Part shown: positions 48,339 through 57,646 of the stretch, piece after piece
How positions within the stretch are numbered: position 1 is the first letter of the stretch
Layout of the letters: every line of letters starts with the position of its first letter
DNA from: a virus
Direction: 5' to 3' (one strand)
Virus record (IMG/VR): IMGVR_UViG_3300033233_000015
Coordinates: 32,001 to 96,000 of that record
DNA: 64,000 nucleotides
Translations under genes and position numbers: made by a program
The notes under the pieces: model-generated
What the model saw: the letters and a program-made list of their open reading frames with translations, nothing else
Database searches by the model: none
Told to the model about the DNA's origin: nothing

Positions 48339-48579
48339 GCGACGACACCCCCAGGCAGTCAGGCAGCCTCGCCGTCTTCGAGACGACGTGCGAGGAAGCC
48401 ATCTCGAGGCTCTCGGGACGCGATTCCGTCGAAGCCGACGAGCTCCGTCACGAAGCGCGCGAACTGATTTCGACCTTGCGCTCATGGAAGATCATCCCTC
48501 CGTCGACTGATGACAGATCGCTCGTCGCGGCGCGTGTGCTTGCTCTGCATCGGGCGTCGCTCGAGTTGGTGTCCTCCTC

Positions 48580-49137
48580 ATGAAGCCCTGGCTGAAAGCG
48601 GCATCCGCGCTCTTCGGCGTCGGCGCCGTCGCGCTCACGCTGACCGCAGCGTCGCGCGCGTCGAAGTCCTCAGCAGCTCCACGCCACTCGCGCATCGCTC
48701 TCATCGGTGACTCGTACGCGGTAGGTCTTGGTCCCGAGCTCGCCAAACTCCTGCCTGACTTCAAGGCTGAGGGCCACGTCGGAACGAACACATCGCAGTG
48801 GGCTCATCACGATCGTGCGTGCGGAACGTGCGGAGACTGGCTGACGGCGTTCGCGCCCACCCTCGTGCTCGTATCGCTCGGCGTCAACGACGACGGATCC
48901 CCACACATCGAGAACTACCAAGCCATCGTGCGCGCGCTGCACGGAATCGGTGCGCGTGTCGTGTGGATCGAGCCGCCGGCGAACGTGACGGTGAACGTGG
49001 CAGCGGTACGGAGGATCATCGCGTCGCTCGGCGTCGAGACGGTGCCGGCGACGCAGACCGCGCTGAGCTCGGATGGAGTGCATCCTCAGAGCTACGCTCC
49101 GTGGGCGCGGGAGGTGGCGGGGCATGTTGTGGCCTGA
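48580..49137 (+). CDS. SGNH/GDSL hydrolase with N-terminal anchor
   Basis: IGDSYA, SLGVND, DGVHP. Confidence 0.85.
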   Translation: MKPWLKAASALFGVGAVALTLTAASRASKSSAAPRHSRIALIGDSYAVGLGPELAKLLPDFKAEGHVGTNTSQWAHHDRACGTCGDWLTAFAPTLVLVSLGVNDDGSPHIENYQAIVRALHGIGARVVWIEPPANVTVNVAAVRRIIASLGVETVPATQTALSSDGVHPQSYAPWAREVAGHVVA

Positions 49138-49990
49138 CAAGCGAGAGAAGAAGATCCGCTTCACCATCTACCTCCATCGCAACCGAGTCACCGGCAAGCC
49201 GTACGTCGGGCAGACGAAGAAGACGATGCAGAGACGATGGAGCGACCACGTAAGCGACGCCAAAAAGAATCGCGGTTGCCGTCTTCTCGGCGCCGCCATT
49301 CGCAAGTACGGATCCGACGCATTCGATCACGAAGTCCTCGACGTCGTGACCTCGCAGAGCGGAGCTGACATCGCTGAGGCGGTGTGGATCAAGCAGCGGC
49401 GGGCGCTCACTCCGGACGGGTACAACCTGGACTCAGGTCGCTACCAGGGCGCAGAGAGATCGTTTTCGCATAGCGAAGAGACGAAGCGGCTGATGAGCGA
49501 GAAGGCGAAGGCGCGCGAGGTGCGGATGACGCCTGAAGAGAGAAGCGCGCGAAGGCTCGGGACGTCCACGCAGGAAGATCGAAACGAAGTCGCGCGAAAT
49601 AGATGGGCGTCGTACACACCCGAGAAGCGGGCAGACATTGCGAAGAGGGTGAGCGAATCTCTGTCTGCTTCGGAGAAGAACACTGCTGCGATTCGGGCTC
49701 GATGGGCGAAGACGACGCCAGAGCAGCGGAGCGACATCGCGCGCAAAGTTCATGAAGCGCAGACACCTGAGCAGCGAAGCGAACGGCAGCGCAAATCGTG
49801 GAACTCGATACCGATCGATCGACGCATCGAGATGATCGCGACCCTCGCAGCAGCAAGGCGAAAACCTCGTGGCCCGAACGGAAGGAAGATCGGGTGCTCA
49901 AGGTGCGGAGCCGACGTGGAGGTATCATCGGGATCTTGGTGTAAAAACTGTCGTCGCGAATACAGCAGGAATTGTCGCCATGGCACTTGA
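49124..49990 (+). CDS. GIY-YIG homing endonuclease with NUMOD3-like and helical repeats
   Basis: TIYLHRN..KPYVGQT..RRWSDH; HSEETKRLMSEK; TPEQRS repeats. Confidence 0.85.
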   Translation: MLWPDKREKKIRFTIYLHRNRVTGKPYVGQTKKTMQRRWSDHVSDAKKNRGCRLLGAAIRKYGSDAFDHEVLDVVTSQSGADIAEAVWIKQRRALTPDGYNLDSGRYQGAERSFSHSEETKRLMSEKAKAREVRMTPEERSARRLGTSTQEDRNEVARNRWASYTPEKRADIAKRVSESLSASEKNTAAIRARWAKTTPEQRSDIARKVHEAQTPEQRSERQRKSWNSIPIDRRIEMIATLAAARRKPRGPNGRKIGCSRCGADVEVSSGSWCKNCRREYSRNCRHGT

Positions 49991-50663
49991 TTGGCCCGCA
50001 TTCGGCGATGCGCTCTGGAAGGTCTACGACCAGACGGGCATTCGTCCCGAGTGGCAGATCCCCGTGATGTCGCTCGAGACGGGCGGCACGTTCGATCCGG
50101 CGATCTGCAATCCATCGAATTGTTGCGGACTTAACCAGTTCTGCGGCTCCACGTACACGCACTACGTCCACGTCCCCATCAGCGAGTACCGCACGTGGCT
50201 GGCGAGTCAGCAGCTCGCCGGTCCGGTGCTCGCGTACTGGAAGGACGCGCTCAACTTCGGCAAGATCCGCTCGAGCGCCCGCCTCATGGTCGCGCAGCTC
50301 GGTCAAGGGCTCCTCCGAACCCCCGCGAGCCTCGAGCGCGTCGTCTTCCGATCGCCTAGCATCGAGTACAAGAGCAACTCGGGCTTCGACACGCAGAAGA
50401 AAGGGACCATCACCGAGCAGGACATCGCGAACTCGATGGCGCGGCAGGTGCCGCGCGCTTCGGTGAAGGACGCCATCGCGAAGGCGTACGCGATGCGTCC
50501 TGGCGAAGTGGTGCGCGATCCCGTGTACGGCGAAGACTACGGAGGAGGCGGCGTCACACCCCCCGTGCGTCGCGCCGCGAGCTCGACGTCGTGGATCGCT
50601 CCCGTGCTCGTCGTCGGGACGCTTCTTGGCGGCGGCGCGGCCCTCGCGTACGTTTGGAAATAG
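49980..50663 (+). CDS. lysozyme/lytic transglycosylase-like protein, tail-anchored
   Basis: VMSLETGGTFDP..CGLNQF; C-terminal TM. Confidence 0.7.
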   Translation: MALDWPAFGDALWKVYDQTGIRPEWQIPVMSLETGGTFDPAICNPSNCCGLNQFCGSTYTHYVHVPISEYRTWLASQQLAGPVLAYWKDALNFGKIRSSARLMVAQLGQGLLRTPASLERVVFRSPSIEYKSNSGFDTQKKGTITEQDIANSMARQVPRASVKDAIAKAYAMRPGEVVRDPVYGEDYGGGGVTPPVRRAASSTSWIAPVLVVGTLLGGGAALAYVWK

Positions 50664-51009
50664 ATGTCGGCCGCGCTCCGATACCAAGACTTCGATCACC
50701 TCGCAGTATCGGTGCGCGAACTCCTCGAGCAAACCGATGCGTTCACAAGAACGATGTCGGCTCGCGATCAGATGCTCGTGCATCTCGGCCTCGAGAGCGC
50801 GCACGCGGAGGAAGCCATCTCTCAAGGTGATCTCTCACGCGCGGAGATCCACCTGACGACGCTCTCGAAAATCGTAGACGCACTCGGAGGTTCGAGATGA
50901 ATAAGATGATCTTGCTGGCCGCTATCGCGGCGTGCGGCGCCGCGCTCGTGGGGGAGGACGGAACCGCGCGCGCGATCTGCACGCACTGCTTCATCGCGCA
51001 GGTCGCTTC

Positions 51010-51186
51010 GTGAACTGGCTCACGAACAACCGAGCCGTCGGGCTCGTGCTCATTCTCGCGACGCTGGCCGTCGACGTCGTGCTCACCCTATACGGACACG
51101 CGATCCCCGCGACCATCGCGTCGATCACGGTGGCTGGCGTTGGCCTCGTCACGAGGTCGATTGTAAAGTCCAAACCGAAGGGGTAG
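51010..51186 (+). CDS. small two-TM protein (holin-like)
   Basis: two hydrophobic segments and a basic tail. Confidence 0.45.
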   Translation: MNWLTNNRAVGLVLILATLAVDVVLTLYGHAIPATIASITVAGVGLVTRSIVKSKPKG

Positions 51187-51194
51187 GCTGAATC

Positions 51195-51563
51195 GTGTCC
51201 AGCGACGTCCTGCCCGAGTGTCGCGCGCGAGATCGCAAAGGCGCGATCCACACGCCGAACGGATGGTTCGTCCCCGTCTACTGCGCCAACTGCGGCAAGA
51301 TCGCTGGCATGGTGCCCGAGAGCCACATCACGCACGTATTCGCGCTCTGCGACAACGGATGCGCGGGGAAATACGGCGACACTGCGCATGAGTACGTAGA
51401 CCCCGATGCCATCTACCGCGAACGCGCGACCGCGGAAGCGTTGAAGAAGTACGGTCGCGCGCTCACGCCTGCGGAGGTCGAGCGCGAGCTCGACAACGTG
51501 TCGTCACCCATCGCCAAGATCGCCAAGGAATGGCAGGATCGCGTTCGCAAGGAGAGTCGATAG
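51195..51563 (+). CDS. hypothetical zinc-binding protein
   Basis: CANCG, CDNGC. Confidence 0.6.
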   Translation: MSSDVLPECRARDRKGAIHTPNGWFVPVYCANCGKIAGMVPESHITHVFALCDNGCAGKYGDTAHEYVDPDAIYRERATAEALKKYGRALTPAEVERELDNVSSPIAKIAKEWQDRVRKESR

Positions 51564-51824
51564 ATGCCCGCTCCGAAACTCGTTCCCGCTCAATGCGACG
51601 TCCCCGGATGCGGGATGCCCGCGATCATGTCCACCGACGGCACCGAGAAGGACATCGCCAAGAAGCGCGTCACCAACAAGGACGGTGACACGCGCGATGA
51701 GCTCCTCAACCGACCCGCCGCCAAAGACGTCAACGTGTGCGACCGCCATCGCAACTGGCCGCACTCCGACGACGCGCACCGATTCGTCGCGAGCGACGAC
51801 TTCAAGAAGCAGAAGCGAGGCTAA
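51564..51824 (+). CDS. hypothetical protein
   Basis: CDVPGC..CDRH. Confidence 0.55.
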   Translation: MPAPKLVPAQCDVPGCGMPAIMSTDGTEKDIAKKRVTNKDGDTRDELLNRPAAKDVNVCDRHRNWPHSDDAHRFVASDDFKKQKRG

Positions 51825-51827
51825 GCC

Positions 51828-52319
51828 GTGCTCTACTACACCGACGTCCCCGGCGCGACGATCACCACGAACGCGGCGATCAATACCGCCAACGACTGCA
51901 CCTTCATCAAGTCGGGATCTGCGCGCACCTGCTGGCTCAACGCGATCTATCCCCAAGGACGCGGCGCGCTCCTCACGTCGATCAGCGGCATCAGCTACCG
52001 ACTCGAGAAGTGGACGACGACAGCGAGCTCTGGCGGAAGCGCGATCACGCCGAGCCCTGACGATCCTGGTTTTCAGGCCGCGAAGCACACGGCGGGATTC
52101 TCGGCCACCACCGTCACAAGCGGTACGGGCGGCCCCACGCTGATGATCTCGATCGGATCGGGGACCACGAGCCCCGGCAACTGGCTCGCTGCTGACAGCA
52201 ACGGTCCGAACAGCATGGGGTACTCGCTCGAAGCGGGTGCCAACCAATCGCTCGACATCTTCAACATCGCGAGCGCGACGGCGCTCACGTTCGAAATCAG
52301 CTGGGGCGTCGCCGAGTGA
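51828..52319 (+). CDS. beta-rich putative virion protein
   Basis: S/T/G-rich composition. Confidence 0.6.
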   Translation: MLYYTDVPGATITTNAAINTANDCTFIKSGSARTCWLNAIYPQGRGALLTSISGISYRLEKWTTTASSGGSAITPSPDDPGFQAAKHTAGFSATTVTSGTGGPTLMISIGSGTTSPGNWLAADSNGPNSMGYSLEAGANQSLDIFNIASATALTFEISWGVAE

Positions 52320-52545
52320 TGATCAAGCAGAACCCGAAAGATCCAATCTGGCTCGTCGTCTTGCAGGTTCGTTGCTCCAACGAGCCAAGCCGCATCGTCG
52401 GCGCGGACGGTCGCTCAGCGATGCTGAGCGCGACGTACGAAGAGCCGAGTGAGATCACGGTTCACGCGCCCGATGAATCGACCGCGAAGGCGTACGTCGA
52501 ACAGCAAAACCCCGGCGCGAAAGTCGCCTCCGCGGAGATGGTCAA

Positions 52546-52860
52546 GTGACCCAACCGGCCGAGAGCTTCATCCCCGTATCGCCGAGCGTCGATACGACGG
52601 CGCCGAAGGTGCGGCAGCTTCTCGTCTTCGAGTTTCAGCCAGCAACGCAGACGTACGTGCAGGTCCAGACAGAGGTCGTGGCGCTAGCCGATCCGCTCAC
52701 CGGACTAACCGTGCGCGCCGCGAGCGAAGAGTCGTTGGATAGCATCGCTCTTCTTTTGCGTGCGAATCTACGAGCGCTAACGGCCATCGCCAACGAGCTT
52801 GGCGGACGCGAGCGCAGCTACGACGTGGACGAGTTTTACACCGACGCGCAAGAGGACTAG
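52546..52860 (+). CDS. hypothetical protein
   Basis: coupled GTG start. Confidence 0.55.
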   Translation: MTQPAESFIPVSPSVDTTAPKVRQLLVFEFQPATQTYVQVQTEVVALADPLTGLTVRAASEESLDSIALLLRANLRALTAIANELGGRERSYDVDEFYTDAQED

Positions 52861-52863
52861 CCG

Positions 52864-53583
52864 ATGGCCGATCTCGTTCTCAAAGGCGGAGCCCCCAACT
52901 CCACAACGATCGGTGTCCCGTTCACGCCCTTGATGGTGGACGCGACATACAACGCCGCTCGCGTCACGTTGAAGCCGGACGAGTACAACTTCGGATCGTT
53001 CAACGGGGGTCACTACCGTACCGCGCAAGTATCAGGCGCGCTGACTGGCGTAGGCGCAGCGGGTGCCGTCTTCTCGATGCGGTGGGCGAACACGAACGGT
53101 CTCTTTCTTCTGAAGCGCCTCCTCGTCGGCTACGCGATCACGACCGCGTTTACCGCGGGGCAGCTCGTAGACTTCGATGTCGTGCGCGACAGCGCGTTCA
53201 CTGCGGCCGACACGGGCGGAACGGCGCTCACGCCGTTCATCGGAAACAACGCGAAGAAGCGCTCCTCCACCATGGCTACGAGCCAGGTAGCTGACATGCG
53301 TATCTCTTCAACCGCAGCGCTCGGAGCGGGCACGAAGACCGCGGACACGAATCCGTTCGGATACGCGACGACCGCTCCGACCAATCTCGCTGTCCCTACA
53401 GCCACCGTCGCTGGCGGCTTCATGCAGCTCACGGAGATGTACGTTCAGGACGCGAACGCGGCCCACCCTGAGATGTTCGGCGCGAACGAGGGCTTCAACA
53501 TCCGTAACGTGACCGCGATGGGTGCTGCAGGTGTCATCAAGCTCTACGTCGTCTGCGATTGGGCCGAGGTGCCGGGCCTGTAG
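52864..53583 (+). CDS. beta-rich putative virion protein
   Basis: GAGGA RBS; A/T/G-rich. Confidence 0.65.
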   Translation: MADLVLKGGAPNSTTIGVPFTPLMVDATYNAARVTLKPDEYNFGSFNGGHYRTAQVSGALTGVGAAGAVFSMRWANTNGLFLLKRLLVGYAITTAFTAGQLVDFDVVRDSAFTAADTGGTALTPFIGNNAKKRSSTMATSQVADMRISSTAALGAGTKTADTNPFGYATTAPTNLAVPTATVAGGFMQLTEMYVQDANAAHPEMFGANEGFNIRNVTAMGAAGVIKLYVVCDWAEVPGL

Positions 53584-53603
53584 TCGGCTCGGCGTAGCGC
53601 GCC

Positions 53604-55796
53604 GTGCTCGACAATCTACTCGGCGGAATAGGACTCGAAGAAGTCGGCCAACCGCCGACGACGCTTCGATCGCAAAGACCCGTAGCGCCGTCGAGCGGTG
53701 AGGACTTCGTAGGATCTCTCCCGCCGCTTGAGGAGCAGTCGACACCGACGCGCGTGTGGAAATCGCGCGCGCAGCTGCCGGCAAATCGTGACGAAGACTT
53801 CGTCTCCACGACTGTCGTTGCTCTCGACGAGGATCCCGCACTGGCCCGATCCAGGGCTCGAGCGATCGTCTCGATCGTCACAAGAGGAGAAGACTTCGCA
53901 GGATCGCTTCCGCTAGAGGAAGATCCCTCTCGAGTCACGCAGCGCCGTCGACAACCGGTGATCGCTTTCGCTCGAGAGGAGGAGTTCGGGCTTCCGCACC
54001 CCGTCGATGAGTCGGCGCTCATCGCGCGCGCGCGCCCTCGTTCGCCAGCCCCGATCACTTCTCGTGGAGAGGACTTCGCAGGCAGCCTCCCGCTCGAGGA
54101 GATCGGCACGCTCGCGGCAGTTCGGCGTCGATCGGCATCGATCGCGGTATCGCGTGACGAGGAGTTCGGCGCGACGCATCCATCGGAAGACTCTCCACTG
54201 CTCGCGCGGTTGGCCCGCCGAGCGCTGCGATGGGTGCTTGGTCAGAGCGAAGACTTCGCGGGCAGTTTGCCCCTGGAGGAGCTCGCCCCGCCTGTTCAGA
54301 TCACGGCTCGCAAGCGATCGATCGTCTGGACGGTCGGCGAAGACTTCGCGGGAAGCCTGCCGCTCGAAGAGGACGCAGCGAGATCGCTGATCACGCCGCG
54401 CAAGCGCTGGATCAGCTGGACGGTCGGTGAAGATTTCGCCGGATCGTTGCCTCTCGAAGAGTTCTCACCGATCGTTCGCGGAGGCTCTCCGCGTCGCCAC
54501 GCGACGACGATCGTCGCAGAGGATTTCGCGGGATCTCTTCCGCTAGAAGAGCTCAGTTCGTTCTCATCGACACCGACGACGAAGCGCACGCACTCGCCGA
54601 CCTTCGGGCACGAAGACTTCGCGGGATCGCTTCCGTTCGAGGAATCGTCTTCCGTCGTTCGTCGGGAGACGTTGCGTCGATTTTCGCTACCGACCTTCGG
54701 GGAGGACTTCGCCGGCGCGTTGCCGACAGAAGATCCCGTACCTGGGGCGGTAGTTCGAGCTCGACAACGGATTCCGCCGATCTCTACGGACGAAGAGTTT
54801 GGGGCTTCGCACCCAATAGAGGATCAGCCATCGAGCGCGATTGTTCTGTCGCTCGCGCGCGCAAGGGGCCGTGCACCTATCGTCGAGGATTTCGCAGGAT
54901 CGCTTCCGCTAGAGGAAGAGACCACGAGCGCGCGAGTGATCGCCAGGGTGAGGATTTCGACCGTAGAGTCGATCGGCGAAGAGTTCGGCTCCGCTCATCC
55001 GATCGAAGAAGAGGCCGCGCCGCCCATCTCCCGCCGCATCCGTCGGTGGTTCACGATCACGGTCGAGGAGCATTTCGCTCCCGCGCCCCCACCACCGCCT
55101 CCGCCACCGCCTCCGCCCCCGACACCATCTCAACTGAGCGGCGGAGGTACGGGATGGTTTGGGCCGCGCGAGCTCCCTCCGATTCCGTACTGCCCTCCCG
55201 GATGGCTGCCGAAGCCCATCAACGAGTACGAGTACGAGTGCGAGGCTGATCTCGCGATCCTGCACGAACAAGGGGCCATCGTCCGCGCGTTCGCGGACGG
55301 CATCGTCGAATCGTTCGTCGATGACAAGGGCCGCACTACGATGGTGCTCACGGACGACGGAGGCACCCGCTACTGGTACGCCGACATCGGGGAGAAGATC
55401 GCCAAAGATGGCGCGCGCGTGAAGAGCGGGCAGATCATCGCTCGCGTCAGGCCGAACGCGGCAACCGCGCCAGCGATCACTCCGCGCACTGCATCGCGCG
55501 CGCTGCCTTCTGCCACGTCGATCTCGGAGCCTGAACCAAAGCCGAAGCCCGTTCAGATCGTGTTCGTAGAGCCGCCGCATCCGCCGATTTCAAACTTCGT
55601 GATTCGGATGCCATCGACACCGCCGCCTCTACCGATTCCGCCACCAGCGCCGCCTAGACCGAACGAGTGGGGCGTGCAGTCGCCGACGCTGCGCCGCGGT
55701 CAAGAGACCGAGATCGTTCGGGCGGTCGTTTACATCGGAGGGGTGGCCGCTCTTCTCTACGCGCTCACGCTGCTCGATCCATCGAGACGGAAGTAA
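53604..55796 (+). CDS. repeat protein (~15 x 30 aa) + degenerate M23-like domain + C-terminal TM
   Basis: xEDFAGSLPLEE / xEEFGxxHPxEE repeats; VRAFADGIV..YWYAD..GARVKSGQIIARV. Confidence 0.75.
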   Translation: MLDNLLGGIGLEEVGQPPTTLRSQRPVAPSSGEDFVGSLPPLEEQSTPTRVWKSRAQLPANRDEDFVSTTVVALDEDPALARSRARAIVSIVTRGEDFAGSLPLEEDPSRVTQRRRQPVIAFAREEEFGLPHPVDESALIARARPRSPAPITSRGEDFAGSLPLEEIGTLAAVRRRSASIAVSRDEEFGATHPSEDSPLLARLARRALRWVLGQSEDFAGSLPLEELAPPVQITARKRSIVWTVGEDFAGSLPLEEDAARSLITPRKRWISWTVGEDFAGSLPLEEFSPIVRGGSPRRHATTIVAEDFAGSLPLEELSSFSSTPTTKRTHSPTFGHEDFAGSLPFEESSSVVRRETLRRFSLPTFGEDFAGALPTEDPVPGAVVRARQRIPPISTDEEFGASHPIEDQPSSAIVLSLARARGRAPIVEDFAGSLPLEEETTSARVIARVRISTVESIGEEFGSAHPIEEEAAPPISRRIRRWFTITVEEHFAPAPPPPPPPPPPPPTPSQLSGGGTGWFGPRELPPIPYCPPGWLPKPINEYEYECEADLAILHEQGAIVRAFADGIVESFVDDKGRTTMVLTDDGGTRYWYADIGEKIAKDGARVKSGQIIARVRPNAATAPAITPRTASRALPSATSISEPEPKPKPVQIVFVEPPHPPISNFVIRMPSTPPPLPIPPPAPPRPNEWGVQSPTLRRGQETEIVRAVVYIGGVAALLYALTLLDPSRRK
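53697..55076 (+). repeat. protein-level repeat array, ~90-nt period
   Basis: conserved 12-aa motif with synonymous DNA variation and unique 18-19-aa spacers. Confidence 0.9.
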
Positions 55797-56148
55797 GGCT
55801 TCTTCTCCCTCCGTAATATTTCTTCTCCTCGATCGCGTGCTAACCGCGCGACTTCGCATGCGTGCGCGATGGCCGCGCTCTTGCGATGAGGCCAGGCATG
55901 CTGCGCGAATACGAGTGGGAGCCGAACGGTCGCTGCGACGGGTGCCGCAAGAAGATCGAGGTCGTCCTCGGTCCGATGTTCAACCGCACCGCGCGCGGGT
56001 GGGACAACTGGATCCCACGCGTTCGCGCTCAGGAGCTCGCGCGCGAGGGCGTCTGTCCGTGGTGCGGACAGCGAACGACTACGCCGTCGCGCACGCTGCT
56101 CGGACGGTTCGAGCGCATCTTGCGTGCGTACGAGAGGGAGTCCTGCTC

Positions 56149-56442
56149 ATGATCCAGGCCGAGTACGACTGGCTAGTCAATGTGATCGCCGAGTGGAACG
56201 GCTTCGACGCGCGTGCTGTCCGTGAGCGCATCGAGCGCGCTCTTTGGGAGGGCGACGTCGACACGCTCTTCGATTTGGCGCCGTGTCGATGTTGCTGCCA
56301 CGAGCACACGTTCGAAGACTGCTTCGCGCGGATCTGGAACGACTGCCGCGGCCAGTACACGATGACGCGCGCTGAGATCGAATCGTGGGCGTCGCACTAC
56401 GAACGGTTCCACGGAATGACGCGCGACGAGTTCTACGGGTGA
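56149..56442 (+). CDS. hypothetical Cys-rich protein
   Basis: coupled start; PCRCCCHEH. Confidence 0.5.
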   Translation: MIQAEYDWLVNVIAEWNGFDARAVRERIERALWEGDVDTLFDLAPCRCCCHEHTFEDCFARIWNDCRGQYTMTRAEIESWASHYERFHGMTRDEFYG

Positions 56443-57049
56443 GGGTAGAATCGCAAGCATGTTCGGGAACTACACGAGACCCCCGTATCGTCGATGACGA
56501 ACCTGAGTCCCTATTACGACGATTACGTCGACCACGATCACTCCTTCTACCGCACGCGCAAATCCGCGCCATCGCTGTCACCGTGGCCTCAATTCGAACG
56601 CTTGGCACCCGACGAAGGGTACGTCCCGAAGCTCGGCAGTCGTCCGCAGCCGCCGCCGTGTCCCATCGAGCTCGCGATGATCGACGTCTTGCGTGAGCGC
56701 ATCGCCGTGTCCGACGTGCAGCCGTCGTCGACGTTTCTCGCGTGGGCGCAGAGCGGAGCTCGGGAGCGCAAGTCGCGTCGACGTCGCGCGCGGCCGAGCG
56801 GGTTCGAGGAGCGCAACTATCGCCCCTCGTCGATCTCGATCTCGCGCTTGTTGCGCCCGCATCCGAGGCAGCGCCCTCTGAGCTTGCCGTGACGACTGCA
56901 ATCGTACTGCCGCGTGATGCTCAGACCGTCGCTCACGCCGCCGCCAGTGCCGAGCAGCTCCTCGACTTGCACGAACGCTCCGTCACCCGATCGTCTCGCG
57001 AACTTCGGGCCGTTCCTCCAAAGCTGATCTCGCTTCACGTCGTCGTCCA

Positions 57050-57646
57050 TCACGCCACCTTCCTCTTGAGATCGTCGATGAACGCCAGGAGATCGGGCGT
57101 CGCACGGAACCATTCGCCCCTGATGCGCGCGTGGGCGAAGCGCTTGTGCAGCGCGCTCTCTACTTCTCGGTTGCCCTCGATGATTGCTAGCACCGACAGA
57201 AGATGCGGGGTGCCGACCACCATGGCTTTCACGCGCCTGTCGACGTTCTTCGCGGTGCCGATCTTGATCGCGTGCATGCCGCTCTCTTGAACGAAGTAGA
57301 CCTTGTGAACGCCGAATGCCCGAAGCGTGAGCTGGCGACATGGCGCCACCGAAATCGGACGCGACCGAACCGAGCGCGAATCGGTGCGCCCCGTGTTCGG
57401 ATCAACCTCGTGAAGAAAGCACCAATCCCTCGCGCATTCGAAGACCGAGTCTTCGCGCGGTGACCAGAGTCCCCACGCGGGATCCAGCCAGACCTGCCCC
57501 TGACGATCGCTGCCAATCGCAATTTGGCGACGCATCATTAGATCGTTGATGATGCTGACGCGCGCAGCGCAAGCGGCGACGGGACCACCGAGAAGGGCGG
57601 CTCGCTGCGCTTTGAGCCATGCGAGGGTCTTCGTTTCTTGATTCAC
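57050..57646 (-). CDS. GIY-YIG T5orf172/Mug113-type nuclease
   Basis: VYFVQ..IKIGTA..RR..LHKRF..RIRGEWF. Confidence 0.8.
   Translation of the reverse strand: MNQETKTLAWLKAQRAALLGGPVAACAARVSIINDLMMRRQIAIGSDRQGQVWLDPAWGLWSPREDSVFECARDWCFLHEVDPNTGRTDSRSVRSRPISVAPCRQLTLRAFGVHKVYFVQESGMHAIKIGTAKNVDRRVKAMVVGTPHLLSVLAIIEGNREVESALHKRFAHARIRGEWFRATPDLLAFIDDLKRKVA

Noticed and set aside
53697-55076. CRISPR array (regular repeat-spacer appearance)
   Set aside because: repeats differ at synonymous codon positions, lie in one open frame, are not palindromic, and no cas operon is present
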